DNA of 27,316 nucleotides from an uncultured Acidobacteriota bacterium (GTDB lineage: Bacteria; Acidobacteriota; Vicinamibacteria; Vicinamibacterales; UBA8438), in NCBI GenBank assembly GCA_913043805.1, contig CAJWMX010000001.1:1-27316 (forward strand), given 5' to 3'. The first letter of the stretch is position 1, and each line of letters opens with the position of its first letter. The notes beneath the pieces were generated by a model. It was not told the origin of the DNA, did not search any database, and worked only from the letters and a program-made list of their open reading frames with translations. The position numbers were made by a program, and so were the translations under genes. Positions 1 through 8,830 of the stretch are shown piece by piece.

Positions 1-10
1 GAGAACCCTG

Positions 11-997
11 TTGCGGTTCGCCGACCCCTGGTATCTGCTGCTTCTCCTCGGTGTGCCGCCGCTCGTCTACTGGTATGTCGCTCGGGGCCGACGACAGAGC
101 GCGCCCCTCCGCTACTCGTCGCTGGCGATGGTGCGTCGAGCCGACCAGCGACGGACGGGACGGTACCGGCATGTGCTGTTCGTACTCCGGGTACTGGCCG
201 TCACCGCCGCCATTCTCGCCTTTGCCAGACCCCAGAGCGGGGTCACCGCCGAGAACGTCACGACCGAGGGCATCGACATCGTCCTGGCGCTGGATCTGTC
301 GAGTTCCATGTTGGCCGAGGACCTCGAGCCGAACCGGATCGAGGCGGTGAAGCTGGTGGCCGCCGACTTCGTTCGGGGTCGCCGAAACGATCGGATCGGC
401 CTCGTGATCTTCGCTGGCGACGCCTTCACGCAGGCTCCACTGACCCTCGACTACGACGTGGTCACGACGTTGCTCGAAGAGCTCGAGGTCGGCATCATCG
501 AGGATGGCACCGCGATCGGAATGGGACTGGCGACGGCCGTCAAGCGTGTTGCCGATTCGGAGGCCGCCTCAAAGGTGATCGTCCTGCTGACCGACGGACG
601 GAACAACCGCGGATCGATCGATCCGATCACTGCCGCGCAGACAGCCGAAGCGCTCGGAGTTCGGGTCTATGCGATTGGCGCCGGCACCCAGGGCACCGCG
701 CGGGTACCGGTGAACGACCCGATCTTCGGACGGCGCTACGCCCAGATGCGCGTCGACATTGACGAACCGACCCTCGAAGAGACGGCCACACTGACCGGCG
801 GACGCTACTTCCGGGCGACCAATCGCGAGAGCCTGGCCGAGATCTACAACGAGATCGACGAGCTCGAGACGACCGAGATCGACGTGGAGCAATTCACGCG
901 CTACGGTGAGCTGTTTCATCTCCCGTTGCTGTTCGCGCTCGGCGCGCTGCTGTTGGAGGCGGGGCTGTCCCGTACTCTTTTGAGAAAGATTCCGTGA
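11..997 (+). CDS. batA: BatA-type von Willebrand factor A (VWA) domain membrane protein
   Basis: N-terminal 'MRFADPWYLLLLL' BatA membrane segment; MIDAS motif DLSSSM; 'NRIEAVK', 'DRIGLVIFAG', 'GTAIGMGLATAV', 'VIVLLTDGRNN'; C-terminal TM helix. First of five co-oriented Bat-like genes. TTG start. Confidence 0.93.
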   Translation: MRFADPWYLLLLLGVPPLVYWYVARGRRQSAPLRYSSLAMVRRADQRRTGRYRHVLFVLRVLAVTAAILAFARPQSGVTAENVTTEGIDIVLALDLSSSMLAEDLEPNRIEAVKLVAADFVRGRRNDRIGLVIFAGDAFTQAPLTLDYDVVTTLLEELEVGIIEDGTAIGMGLATAVKRVADSEAASKVIVLLTDGRNNRGSIDPITAAQTAEALGVRVYAIGAGTQGTARVPVNDPIFGRRYAQMRVDIDEPTLEETATLTGGRYFRATNRESLAEIYNEIDELETTEIDVEQFTRYGELFHLPLLFALGALLLEAGLSRTLLRKIP

Positions 998-1038
998 AGC
1001 ACGTGAGGGACCGGCAACCGATGGGGGGCGCGGCCTAG
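994..1038 (+). CDS. Possible 14-codon bridging mini-ORF (VKHVRDRQPMGGAA*) between batA and batB
   Basis: GTG at 994 overlaps the batA TGA (GTGA). The frame is open to TAG 1036-1038, which directly abuts and is in frame with the batB ATG at 1039. Translation is not shown. Confidence 0.3.
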   Translation: MKHVRDRQPMGGAA

Positions 1039-2070
1039 ATGTTTCGCTTTGCGGCGGAATCGATGCTGCTCGCCTATCTGATCGTCCCACTGGTGGCGAT
1101 CCTCTACTGGTGGGCGTGGCGCCGGAAACAGCGCGACATGGCGCGGCTCATCGAGCCTCCACTGCTGGAGCGGCTCGCCGCCACGGTGAGCCACCGCCGT
1201 CGGCTCGTGAAGGCGACGTTGCTGCTCGCGACCCTGACGCTGCTGGTGACTGCGCTGGCGCGGCCGCAGTTCGGCAGCCGGGTAGAGACGGTGCGACGAG
1301 AAGGGCGAGACATCATGGTGGCCATCGACCTGTCGGCTTCGATGGCGGCCGAGGACATCGCCCCGAACCGGCTCGACAAAGCCAAGTTCGCCGTCGCCGA
1401 TCTGATTTCCCGACTGACCGGCGACCGGGTGGGTCTGGTGGCATTCGCGGGCGAAGCGTTCGTGCAAAGCCCGCTCACCCTCGACTACGGGGCGGCGCGG
1501 CTGTTCCTCAACGCCATGGATCTGGACATGATGTCGGTGCAGGGAACGAATCTGGGCCAGGCAGTGGAGGTCGCCCTGGACGGATTCTCGGACACTGACC
1601 GAAGGCATCGGGTGTTGCTCGTGATCACCGACGGAGAGGACCACGAAGCGGAGGTGGACGAAGCGGTCGAGCGAGCCATCGCCGAGGGGGTGGAGATCTT
1701 CACCATGGGCATCGGGTCCACGGTTGGCGTACCGATCCCCGAGTTCGACGGCTCCGGTCAATCGCAAGGATTCCAGCGAGACGAGGATGGCGCGGTGGTG
1801 ACCACCAGCCTGGACGAAGCGAGCCTCCAGGCGATCGCCGACCGAACCGGCGGCGCTTACTACCGCGCGTCGCCGGGCGGAGCCGAGGTGGCGCTGTTGG
1901 CCGAGGAGCTGAGCGCCGGCGAAGGTCAGGAGTTCGAGAGCGAGCAGGTGACGCTGTTCGACGAGCAGTATCAGGTCTTCCTCGGCGTCGCCTTGGTGCT
2001 CCTCGTCGCCGAGACGCTGATTCCGGAACGGCGGCGCCAGCGCTCGGCTTGGACCGGGAGGTTCTCGTGA
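1039..2070 (+). CDS. batB: BatB-type VWA domain membrane protein
   Basis: 'MFRFA' start; MIDAS DLSASM; 'PNRLDKAK', 'DRVGLVAFAG', 'LVITDGEDHE', 'GIGSTVGVPIP', 'VVTTSLDEASLQAIA'; paralogous to the upstream batA. Confidence 0.92.
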   Translation: MFRFAAESMLLAYLIVPLVAILYWWAWRRKQRDMARLIEPPLLERLAATVSHRRRLVKATLLLATLTLLVTALARPQFGSRVETVRREGRDIMVAIDLSASMAAEDIAPNRLDKAKFAVADLISRLTGDRVGLVAFAGEAFVQSPLTLDYGAARLFLNAMDLDMMSVQGTNLGQAVEVALDGFSDTDRRHRVLLVITDGEDHEAEVDEAVERAIAEGVEIFTMGIGSTVGVPIPEFDGSGQSQGFQRDEDGAVVTTSLDEASLQAIADRTGGAYYRASPGGAEVALLAEELSAGEGQEFESEQVTLFDEQYQVFLGVALVLLVAETLIPERRRQRSAWTGRFS

Positions 2071-2879
2071 CGAGGGCTCGTCTCACCGCGAGCCTGATGG
2101 CCCTGAGCTTCGCCTGGCCGGCGGCCGTCGATGCCCAGCCGAGCCGGAGGGCGGTCACGGAGGGCAACCGACTCTATGAGGAAGGGCGGTACGACGAAGC
2201 TCACGAGCGCTATCTCGAGGCGCTTCGAGAGGCCCCCGACTCGCCGATAGCGCCATTCAATGACGGAAACGCGCTGTATCGCACCGACGAGTTCGAACGG
2301 GCCATGGAGGCGTATCGGCAAGCGGCCGAGACCGGCAACCCGCAGGTCGACGCCCGTGCCTGGTACAACCTCGGCAACGCACTGTTCCGACAGCAGCAGC
2401 TCGAGCCGGCGCTCGAGGCCTACAAACAAGCGCTGCGGCGCGATCCGAGTGACACCGACGCCAAGCACAACCTGGAGCTGGCCGTACAGCAACTGCAGCA
2501 GCAGGACCAGCAGCAACAGGACGAACAGAATCAGCAGGACCAAGACCAGCAAGACGAAGAGCAACGGGACCGGCGGGACCAGCAGAACCAAGGCGAGCAA
2601 GATCAGCAGGAACAGCCGGAAGACGGGCAGCCACAGCCCCAGGACGGCGCTCCACCCGAGGACCAGAACCCGGACAACCAGGACCAGGGTGAGGGCGAGC
2701 GCGAGTCGCCCGAACCGGACGACATGCCGCAACCCCAAGACGGGACGGATCAGAACCCGGGAGAACTGAGCGAGCAAGAGGCGCAGCGTCTTCTGGAGGC
2801 GATCGATGAAGACCCGAGCCAGGTGCAGCGCCAGCGCCGGGCGACCGCACCCGCCAGGCCGATCCGGAGGCCGTGGTGA
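2067..2879 (+). CDS. batC: BatC-type TPR protein with Gln/Asp-rich low-complexity linker
   Basis: Signal peptide; TPRs ('GNRLYEEGRYDEA', 'AWYNLGNALFRQQQLEPALEAYKQALRRDP'); Q/D/E-rich tract; C-terminal 'LSEQEAQRLLEAI...RPW'. GTG start at 2067 overlaps the batB stop (GTGA), SD GGGAGG at 2056-2061. Confidence 0.88.
   Translation: MTRARLTASLMALSFAWPAAVDAQPSRRAVTEGNRLYEEGRYDEAHERYLEALREAPDSPIAPFNDGNALYRTDEFERAMEAYRQAAETGNPQVDARAWYNLGNALFRQQQLEPALEAYKQALRRDPSDTDAKHNLELAVQQLQQQDQQQQDEQNQQDQDQQDEEQRDRRDQQNQGEQDQQEQPEDGQPQPQDGAPPEDQNPDNQDQGEGERESPEPDDMPQPQDGTDQNPGELSEQEAQRLLEAIDEDPSQVQRQRRATAPARPIRRPW
2480..2720 (+). repeat. CAG/GAC-rich low-complexity coding tract (QQQDQQQQDEQNQQDQDQQ...) within batC
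   Basis: Imperfect CAG-CAG-GAC-CAG repeats visible in the DNA; boundaries approximate. Confidence 0.75.
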
Positions 2880-4684
2880 GGACCGGAGTCCGCGCGGCGA
2901 TCTGGATATGGGCGCTCCTCGGCGCCAGCGTCACCGCCGAGGCCCAGAGCGCTCGCGCCTACCTCAGTCAGGGACAGGTCGCGGTTGGGCGGCAGTTCGT
3001 CCTGAATCTGGAAGTCACCGGTGTCCAGCAGTTCGACCAGGACCCGGCCGCCCCCGATCTGACCTTCGCCAGCTATCTCGGCTCGGGCTCCTCTACCTCG
3101 ATGCAGATAGCCAACGGGCGAACGGCGATGTCGCTCACCATCCAGTATCGCTATCAGGCGACGAGCGAGGGCACATTCGAGATTGGTCCGCTCGAAGTCC
3201 GGGCCGCGGGGCAGACCCTGACGACGGACCCTCTATCCATCACCGTCTCGAACGCCCACACGCCCACCGCTGGCGGCGCGACCGACGGAGGCATCGCCCC
3301 CGAAGATCTCTTCCTCACCGCCAGCCCAAGCGCGACGCGGGTGTTCGTGAATCAGGCGGTGGTCATCGAATACCGGATCTTCACCCGGGTCGACGTCGAG
3401 GGTTATGACATCACCCGGCAGCCAGGCACCGCCGGATTCTGGGTCGAAGAGCTCGGCGGCCCGACCGGCCAGGTCGAACAGGTGGTCCGAGATGGCGTGG
3501 CCTATGCCAGCGCGGTCGTACGGCGGGTGGCGCTCTATCCCACCGGGGCGGGCACGAGAACGCTCGACCCGCTGACGGTCGAAACCCAGGTGCGGGTCCA
3601 GCAGCGGGGCCGGAGCGTTTTCGGCGACCCCTTCGGGGACCCGTTCGGAAGCGTCTTCGGCGGCGGCCTCTTTGGACGCCGCGTGCCGGTCGTGGTCGGC
3701 TCCGAACCGCTCGAGGTCGAGGTCCTGCCCCTGCCGACGGGGGCACCCGCCTCCTTCTCCGGCCTGGTGGGCACGCTCGATGTGGAGGCGTCCCTCGACC
3801 AGACGACGGCCGAGATCAATGACGCGCTGACCTACCGGCTCTCGGTCTCCGGCACCGGCAACATCCGCACGCTTCCGGAACTCGAGCTGGCATTCCCGAA
3901 CTCACTCGAAGTGTATCCACCAGACGTCACCGAACAGATCGAACCGACGCCGGACGGCATCCGGGGGTCGAAGACGTTCGAGTATGTCCTGGTGCCACGG
4001 GCGCCCGGCACGATCACGCTCCCTCGGGTCGAGCTGTCCTACCTCGACGCCGAGACCGGAACGTTCGCTACCGCCGAAACCGACCTGATCACCCTGACGG
4101 TGACGGGAGACCCCACCGAGACGCCAGCCGGAGGGGGCGGACGGCGTCGCACCGGTGTCGACCTGGAGCGACAAGACATCCGGTTCATCCGAATTGCGAG
4201 GCCGACCTTTCATACGAGAGGCGGGTCGCTCTTCGGTAGTTTCTGGTTCTGGGCGGTGGCGGTCCTCCCTCTCTTCGCTCTGGCCGGGGCGGTCGCGCTC
4301 CGTCGCCACGAGGATCGGCTGCAGGGCGACGTGGGGTACGCGAGGCGACGTCGCGCCTCCCGCGTGGCCAAGCAGCGACTCGCCCAGGCCGAGTCACTGC
4401 GTTCCCCGTCCCAGCATCGCGAGTTCTACGCCGAGGTGGGTCGCGCCCTTCAGGGATTCCTGGGCGACAAGCTGAATATCGCGGAGGCTGGCATGCTGCG
4501 CGACGAAGTCCGCGCTCGTCTGGACGGACGCAACGTCCCCGCGGATCTGGTGGACAGCTACCTCGGCTGCCTGGAAGACTGCGACCGGCAACGCTTCGCG
4601 CCAACGTCGCCCGACGACGGTGCAATGCACGCGTTTCTGACCCGGGCAGAACAGGCCATGACCGAGCTGGACGAGGCACTGTGA
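2876..4684 (+). CDS. batD: BatD family protein (oxygen-tolerance BatD domains)
   Basis: Signal peptide; repeated Ig-like BatD segments ('IGPLEVRAAG', 'FVNQAVVIEYRIF', 'SVSGTGNI', 'KTFEYVLVPRAPGTITLPRVELSYLD'); 'FGDPFGDPFG' insert; TM helix and 'RQRFAP' tail. GTG 2876 overlaps the batC stop, SD GGAGG 2866-2870 (alternative start 2873). Confidence 0.9.
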   Translation: MRTGVRAAIWIWALLGASVTAEAQSARAYLSQGQVAVGRQFVLNLEVTGVQQFDQDPAAPDLTFASYLGSGSSTSMQIANGRTAMSLTIQYRYQATSEGTFEIGPLEVRAAGQTLTTDPLSITVSNAHTPTAGGATDGGIAPEDLFLTASPSATRVFVNQAVVIEYRIFTRVDVEGYDITRQPGTAGFWVEELGGPTGQVEQVVRDGVAYASAVVRRVALYPTGAGTRTLDPLTVETQVRVQQRGRSVFGDPFGDPFGSVFGGGLFGRRVPVVVGSEPLEVEVLPLPTGAPASFSGLVGTLDVEASLDQTTAEINDALTYRLSVSGTGNIRTLPELELAFPNSLEVYPPDVTEQIEPTPDGIRGSKTFEYVLVPRAPGTITLPRVELSYLDAETGTFATAETDLITLTVTGDPTETPAGGGGRRRTGVDLERQDIRFIRIARPTFHTRGGSLFGSFWFWAVAVLPLFALAGAVALRRHEDRLQGDVGYARRRRASRVAKQRLAQAESLRSPSQHREFYAEVGRALQGFLGDKLNIAEAGMLRDEVRARLDGRNVPADLVDSYLGCLEDCDRQRFAPTSPDDGAMHAFLTRAEQAMTELDEAL

Positions 4685-5454
4685 TGCCAACCCGATTCGC
4701 CGCGGTGGTAGCGACGTTGCTGGGACTTCTCTGGTTGACCACGCCAACCACATTCGCCCAGGAGGCCTTCTTCGACGAGGGCAATCAGCGCTATCAGGAG
4801 GGGGACTTCCGCGGCGCGCTCGACCGTTACGTCCAGATCCTGGATCAGGGCCTCGAAAGCGGAGAGCTCTACTACAACGTGGGCAACGCCTACTTCAAGC
4901 TGGGCGAGCTGGGGCCGGCGATCCTGTACTACGAACGAGCCAGACGGTTGATGCCCGCCGACGACGACCTGGCGGCAAATCTGGAACTGGCGCGGTCGCT
5001 GACGGCCGATGCCATCACGCCACTGCCGGAATTCTGGCTGTTCCGCATCATCGGCTGGTGGGTGGACCTGCTTCCTCGTTCGGCCCTGCTGTGGGTCGTG
5101 GCGCTGGCCTACCTCGCCGCGATGTCGGGTCTCACCGGCATGGTCCTCAGACGCGCGACCCCCGTCGCGGCGTGGGGCAAACGGATCGCCGTCGGGGGCG
5201 CGGCCATCACGGTGCTGCTCGGCATCAACTTGGTCGCGCGCGAGCTGTCGCTCGGGGCGGCGGAAGAGGCGGTCGTGATGAGCGTCGAAGCCGAGGTGCA
5301 GAGCGCCCCCTCGGAAGATACGACCCTTCAGATCTTCACGGTCCACGAAGGTACGAAGGTCCGCATCGACCGCCGCTCCGATGACTGGGTCGAGATCGTT
5401 CTCGAAGACGGCAAGGTGGGCTGGACCCGAGCCGATCACCTCGAATCGATCTGA
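4681..5454 (+). CDS. batE: BatE-type TPR + SH3 domain membrane protein
   Basis: Signal peptide; TPR 'LYYNVGNAYFKLGELGPAILYYERARRLMP'; two TM helices; SH3b-like 'VHEGTKVRI...WVEIVLEDGKVGW'. GTGA overlap with the batD stop. Confidence 0.92.
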   Translation: MMPTRFAAVVATLLGLLWLTTPTTFAQEAFFDEGNQRYQEGDFRGALDRYVQILDQGLESGELYYNVGNAYFKLGELGPAILYYERARRLMPADDDLAANLELARSLTADAITPLPEFWLFRIIGWWVDLLPRSALLWVVALAYLAAMSGLTGMVLRRATPVAAWGKRIAVGGAAITVLLGINLVARELSLGAAEEAVVMSVEAEVQSAPSEDTTLQIFTVHEGTKVRIDRRSDDWVEIVLEDGKVGWTRADHLESI

Positions 5455-5554
5455 GGCGCGACCCGGCTACCAGCCCAGCTCTCTCACCTTCCCGGCAACC
5501 AGCTCGGCAAAGAGCCCGTAGCCCTCAGGGGTTCGGTACTTCGACTAACCCCGC

Positions 5555-5890
5555 ATGGCCTACGACGAAACACTGGCCAGCCGCGTGCGGCGGGTACTAG
5601 CGGACCGCACCGACGTCACCGAGAAGAAGATGTTCGGCGGGCTATCGTTCCTGGTGGCCGGCAACATGTGCTGCGGGATCGTGGGCGACGAGCTGACGGC
5701 TCGCGTCCGCCCGCAGGCATACCGGGCGGCGCTCGCCCGCCCGCATGCGCGGGAGATGGACTTCACCGGCCGGGCGCTCACGGGCTACGTCTACATCGGC
5801 TCAGCCGGACTGACATCAGGTTCTTCGCTTCGGGCCTGGGTACGACGAGCCGTCGACTTCGCCCTGACCCTGGCCCCGAAAACGCGCTAG
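5555..5890 (+). CDS. TfoX/Sxy N-terminal domain protein
   Basis: 'MAYDETLASRVR...EKKMFGGLSFLVAGNMCCGIV...REMDFTGRALTGYVYI...LRAWVRRAVDFALTL' is the typical stand-alone TfoX_N pattern. Confidence 0.88.
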   Translation: MAYDETLASRVRRVLADRTDVTEKKMFGGLSFLVAGNMCCGIVGDELTARVRPQAYRAALARPHAREMDFTGRALTGYVYIGSAGLTSGSSLRAWVRRAVDFALTLAPKTR

Positions 5891-6230
5891 CGCACTGGAC
5901 CCTCACAGCTTTGTGGATCCGCGCCGGGCACCGCGACACAAACGTGGTTCTGGCGAGGCTCGCCAACCGTCCCGCCCTGCTCCGGGGTACGACATTCGCC
6001 CATAAAGAATGGCCCGTTCAGACCCGCGCCGCATCGGACAACGGTAGGCGCCGCCTGGCCCGGGCCTTGCATTATGACTAGACGACGCGGGACCCGGACG
6101 CCGGCTACTCCTCCTTAAGCCGGCGGGCGAGGTCGCGCCAGGGCGGGTCGGAGGCTTGGCGCAAGCGAGGCGCCAGTTGCGGGGTCTCCGACCCCCCGCC
6201 TTTCCCATCGCCACGATAGAGTTGGCGGTG

Positions 6231-6848
6231 ATGGCATCGCGGTCCAGGCCCCTCCTGGTGGGGCTCGCCGGCAGCTCAGGCTCGGGCAAGACCACCCTGG
6301 CTCGCTCGCTGGCCGAAGCCTCCCGTGGCGTCGTGCTCCCCCAGGACGCCTACTACCGCGATCTTTCTGGGCTGACCTCGGACGAGCGCCAGCGGTGGAA
6401 CTTCGACACTCCCACCGCGTTCGACTGGGAGCGTTTCGCGGTGGACCTGGCGAAGCTGGCGACAGGGACCTCCGTCCACAGCCCGGTCTACGACTACGCC
6501 AGCCACACGCGAACCGAGCGTACCCGACTCGTCGTGCCGGGAGACCTGGTGGTTGTCGAGGGACTGCTCGTACTGCATGACGAGAGGACCCGCGCGCTGT
6601 TCGACCTGACGGTCTTCTTGGACGTCGCGCCCGACATTGCACTCGAACGACGCGTCGCACGTGATGAAGCGGAGCGCGGGCGCGACGCGGCCGAAGTTCG
6701 TTCGCGTTTCGCGCGGGACGTGCAGCCTATGTACGAGCGGTGGGTCGCGCCGACCCGACGCTGGGCGATGCTTCACCTCTCGAGCGCGCGCCCCGTCATG
6801 GAGCTGGTCGCCTGCGTGAGACGGCGGCTCGGTCAGTCGAGCGAGTAG
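6231..6848 (+). CDS. udk: Uridine kinase (PRK/UK family)
   Basis: Walker A 'GLAGSSGSGKTT'; 'QDAYYRD', 'NFDTPTAFDW', 'PVYDY', 'VVEGLL', 'RRVARDEAERGR', 'YERWVAPTRRWA'. Start ATG 6231 (or GTG 6228). Overlaps the convergent aminotransferase by 16 bp. Confidence 0.85.
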   Translation: MASRSRPLLVGLAGSSGSGKTTLARSLAEASRGVVLPQDAYYRDLSGLTSDERQRWNFDTPTAFDWERFAVDLAKLATGTSVHSPVYDYASHTRTERTRLVVPGDLVVVEGLLVLHDERTRALFDLTVFLDVAPDIALERRVARDEAERGRDAAEVRSRFARDVQPMYERWVAPTRRWAMLHLSSARPVMELVACVRRRLGQSSE

Positions 6849-8098
6849 GTCCGAGTAAGTCGAAACTCCGGGTGCGTGTCGAGATAGGCTTCGATCCGGG
6901 CGGTACGAGTCGCGGCGTCGGCGATGAAGCAGACCGCGGCCGTCAGGCGTTCGTCCGGTTGGGCACAGCTCAACCGCAGGAAGCCGCCGCCGGCCTCGCC
7001 GAAGCACTCGCCGCCGAGACAGGCCACACCGAGCTCGTCGTCCGCACCTTCGAGGAAGTACATCGCCAGCCCGTGGGAGGTGATACCGGCTCGATTGCAG
7101 ATGGCGGCCACCGACGGGAACACATAGAACGTGCCGCCCGGCATCAGGCACGAGACCCCGTCCACCTCGTTGAGTCCAGCGACCAGCAACTCGACCTTCC
7201 CCTGGAAGTCCTTCATCCGCGCATCCCGATAGGCGCGGTCGTGTCGAAGCGCGGCCGCGCCTGCGATCTGCGTGAAGGGAGGAACGCAGGAAAGCGCGGT
7301 GTTGGTGAGCAAGTCGAACACCGCGATGTTCTCCGGGCTCGAGACGGCGTAGCCGAGACGCCAACCGCTCATGCTGAACGACTTGCTGAACGTGTAGGCC
7401 GCCACGGTCTGTTCGAGCATGCCTGGCTGCGCCAACAGCGAGTGGTGCCGCCCCTGCCACACCATGCAGTCGTAGGGCTCGTCACTGAAGACGGCGATGT
7501 CTCGCCCTCGCACCAGATCGGCCAGACCGGCGAGGTCGGCCTCGGTCGCGACACCCCCGGTGGGATTGTGCGGGCTGTTGAGGAAGATGGCCTTCGGCCG
7601 GGCGTCCTCATCGAGGAACCGCCGCACGTCATCCAGTGAGGGGCGGAAGGCATTGGCGGCACGCAAGCTGGACAGCACCATCCTGGCGCCACGCCGCGCG
7701 ACGTTGGCGGCATAAGTCGGAAAGTAGGGACTGAACACGAGTACGCCGTCGTCAACCTCGAGAAACGCCTCACAGAACAGCTGCTCGAACGTCTTGGCGC
7801 CGGGACCGGCGACCACGTGCTCGGCCGCCACCGACAGGTCGTGCTCCTGATTCACGTAGTCGGCCGCGGCGGCTCGAAACTCGGGCAATCCGACCGAGGG
7901 GCCGTAGCTGGTCCGACCATCCCGAATGGCCTGGATGCCAGCCTCGATCGCACCGTCGGGCGAGGCGTACGGACTGTCGCCTATCTCCAACTCGATGACG
8001 TCCTTGCCCGCCGCGGCAAGCTGGCGGGCCGCGGCCAATACGGTGAACGCGCCTTCCGGCTGGACACTCGACGAGAAACGGGTGAAGGACGGGGACAT
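6833..8098 (-). CDS. PLP-dependent aminotransferase class I/II (aspartate aminotransferase-like)
   Basis: 'ELEIGDS', 'YGPSVGLPEFR', 'GPGAK', 'LNSPHNPTG', 'SDEPY', PLP-lysine motif 'SFSKSFSMSGWRLGY', 'GTFYVFP', 'FLRLSCA'; SD AAAGGAG upstream. Confidence 0.95.
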   Translation of the reverse strand: MSPSFTRFSSSVQPEGAFTVLAAARQLAAAGKDVIELEIGDSPYASPDGAIEAGIQAIRDGRTSYGPSVGLPEFRAAAADYVNQEHDLSVAAEHVVAGPGAKTFEQLFCEAFLEVDDGVLVFSPYFPTYAANVARRGARMVLSSLRAANAFRPSLDDVRRFLDEDARPKAIFLNSPHNPTGGVATEADLAGLADLVRGRDIAVFSDEPYDCMVWQGRHHSLLAQPGMLEQTVAAYTFSKSFSMSGWRLGYAVSSPENIAVFDLLTNTALSCVPPFTQIAGAAALRHDRAYRDARMKDFQGKVELLVAGLNEVDGVSCLMPGGTFYVFPSVAAICNRAGITSHGLAMYFLEGADDELGVACLGGECFGEAGGGFLRLSCAQPDERLTAAVCFIADAATRTARIEAYLDTHPEFRLTRTYSLD

Positions 8099-8125
8099 CG
8101 CTAGCGACTCCTTTCGCGGGACGGA

Positions 8126-8157
8126 TCCTACCCGGCCCGTGCCGGCGGCGGGTAGGA
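8126..8157. promoter_or_regulatory. 9-bp inverted repeat in a divergent promoter region
   Basis: TCCTACCCG (8126-8134) / CGGGTAGGA (8149-8157). Overlaps a minus-strand -10-like TAGGAT (8125-8130); a plus-strand TATCCT lies at 8166-8171. Confidence 0.4.
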
Positions 8158-8188
8158 AATCGCGCTATCCTGGCGCGCGGAGGCGTCG

Positions 8189-8830
8189 ATGCGACTGCTG
8201 AGCCGACACAGCCTAGTGGGCGGTTTCCTGCTTCTCGCCGGAGCGTGCGGACCGGCCGGACCACGCGAGTTCGCCGTGGGAAACGGGGCCGACTATCTGG
8301 AACCGGCCCTTCGCGAGGCGGTCGAGCAGCTGAAAGCGGGCGTCGCCGCCTCTCTAACCGACGAGGCCACGGTGGCGTCGCGAGCCGACGTGCTCGCCGA
8401 CTGGGTCGACGCCTACGCGCTGGCGGGCGACGGGGTCGGCCTCGAAGGGCCACAAGTGCGCCTGCAGGCCACGTTGCCGCCGCGGGGCCCGGCCGCCCGA
8501 CGCGCGTCAGCCGATCTGGACCGTCTGGTCCGGGAGTTCTCCCTCCGCGACGAAGCGGGAGCGCTGGGTACGCTCGAAGCCGATCCGTTCGGCCCGTTCG
8601 AAGCCCAGGGACTCGCAACGGTGCGTCAGACCTAGAGGGCTGGGACCAGGCCGCTGGCGGCAGGGGGCGGCTTCTGGGTGACCCGACACTTCAACGCCAA
8701 CTTCGGCCCGTTTCAGACTTCCGCTCCGGGCGGCGAGGGCTACGTCACCATCGAGAGCGAGGACCCGGACGCGGTCTTCGAGGTCGCAACGCCGCCACGC
8801 GGGCGGATCGCCAGGAAACCTAGTCGATGA
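8189..8830 (+). pseudogene. Disrupted lipoprotein gene: in-frame TAG at 8633-8635 and apparent 3' truncation; resembles the N-terminal part of large DUF3604-type proteins
   Basis: SD GGAGG, lipobox 'LAGAC'. After TAG the same frame continues in GC3-rich codons (RAGTRPLAAGGGFWVTRHFNANFGPFQTSAPGGEGYVTIESEDPDAVFEVATPP...) to TGA 8828-8830, running into the stop of the convergent gene. The family call is from memory. Confidence 0.6.

Noticed and set aside
2480-2720. CRISPR array, contingency repeat or diversity-generating repeat
   Set aside because: The repeats are in-frame Gln/Asp codons of the normal BatC linker; no spacer structure, no reverse transcriptase and no template/variable repeat pair in the window.
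6105-6190. Minus-strand peptide ETPQLAPRLRQASDPPWRDLARRLKEE* as a C-terminal remnant of a TPR kinase
   Set aside because: Only loose resemblance to the 'DPRF..L.RR' tail, no supporting upstream similarity, and too short to call without a search.
6833-6848. 16-bp convergent overlap of udk and the aminotransferase as a regulatory feature
   Set aside because: Short tail-to-tail overlaps are common in compact high-GC genomes, and nothing else supports a function.
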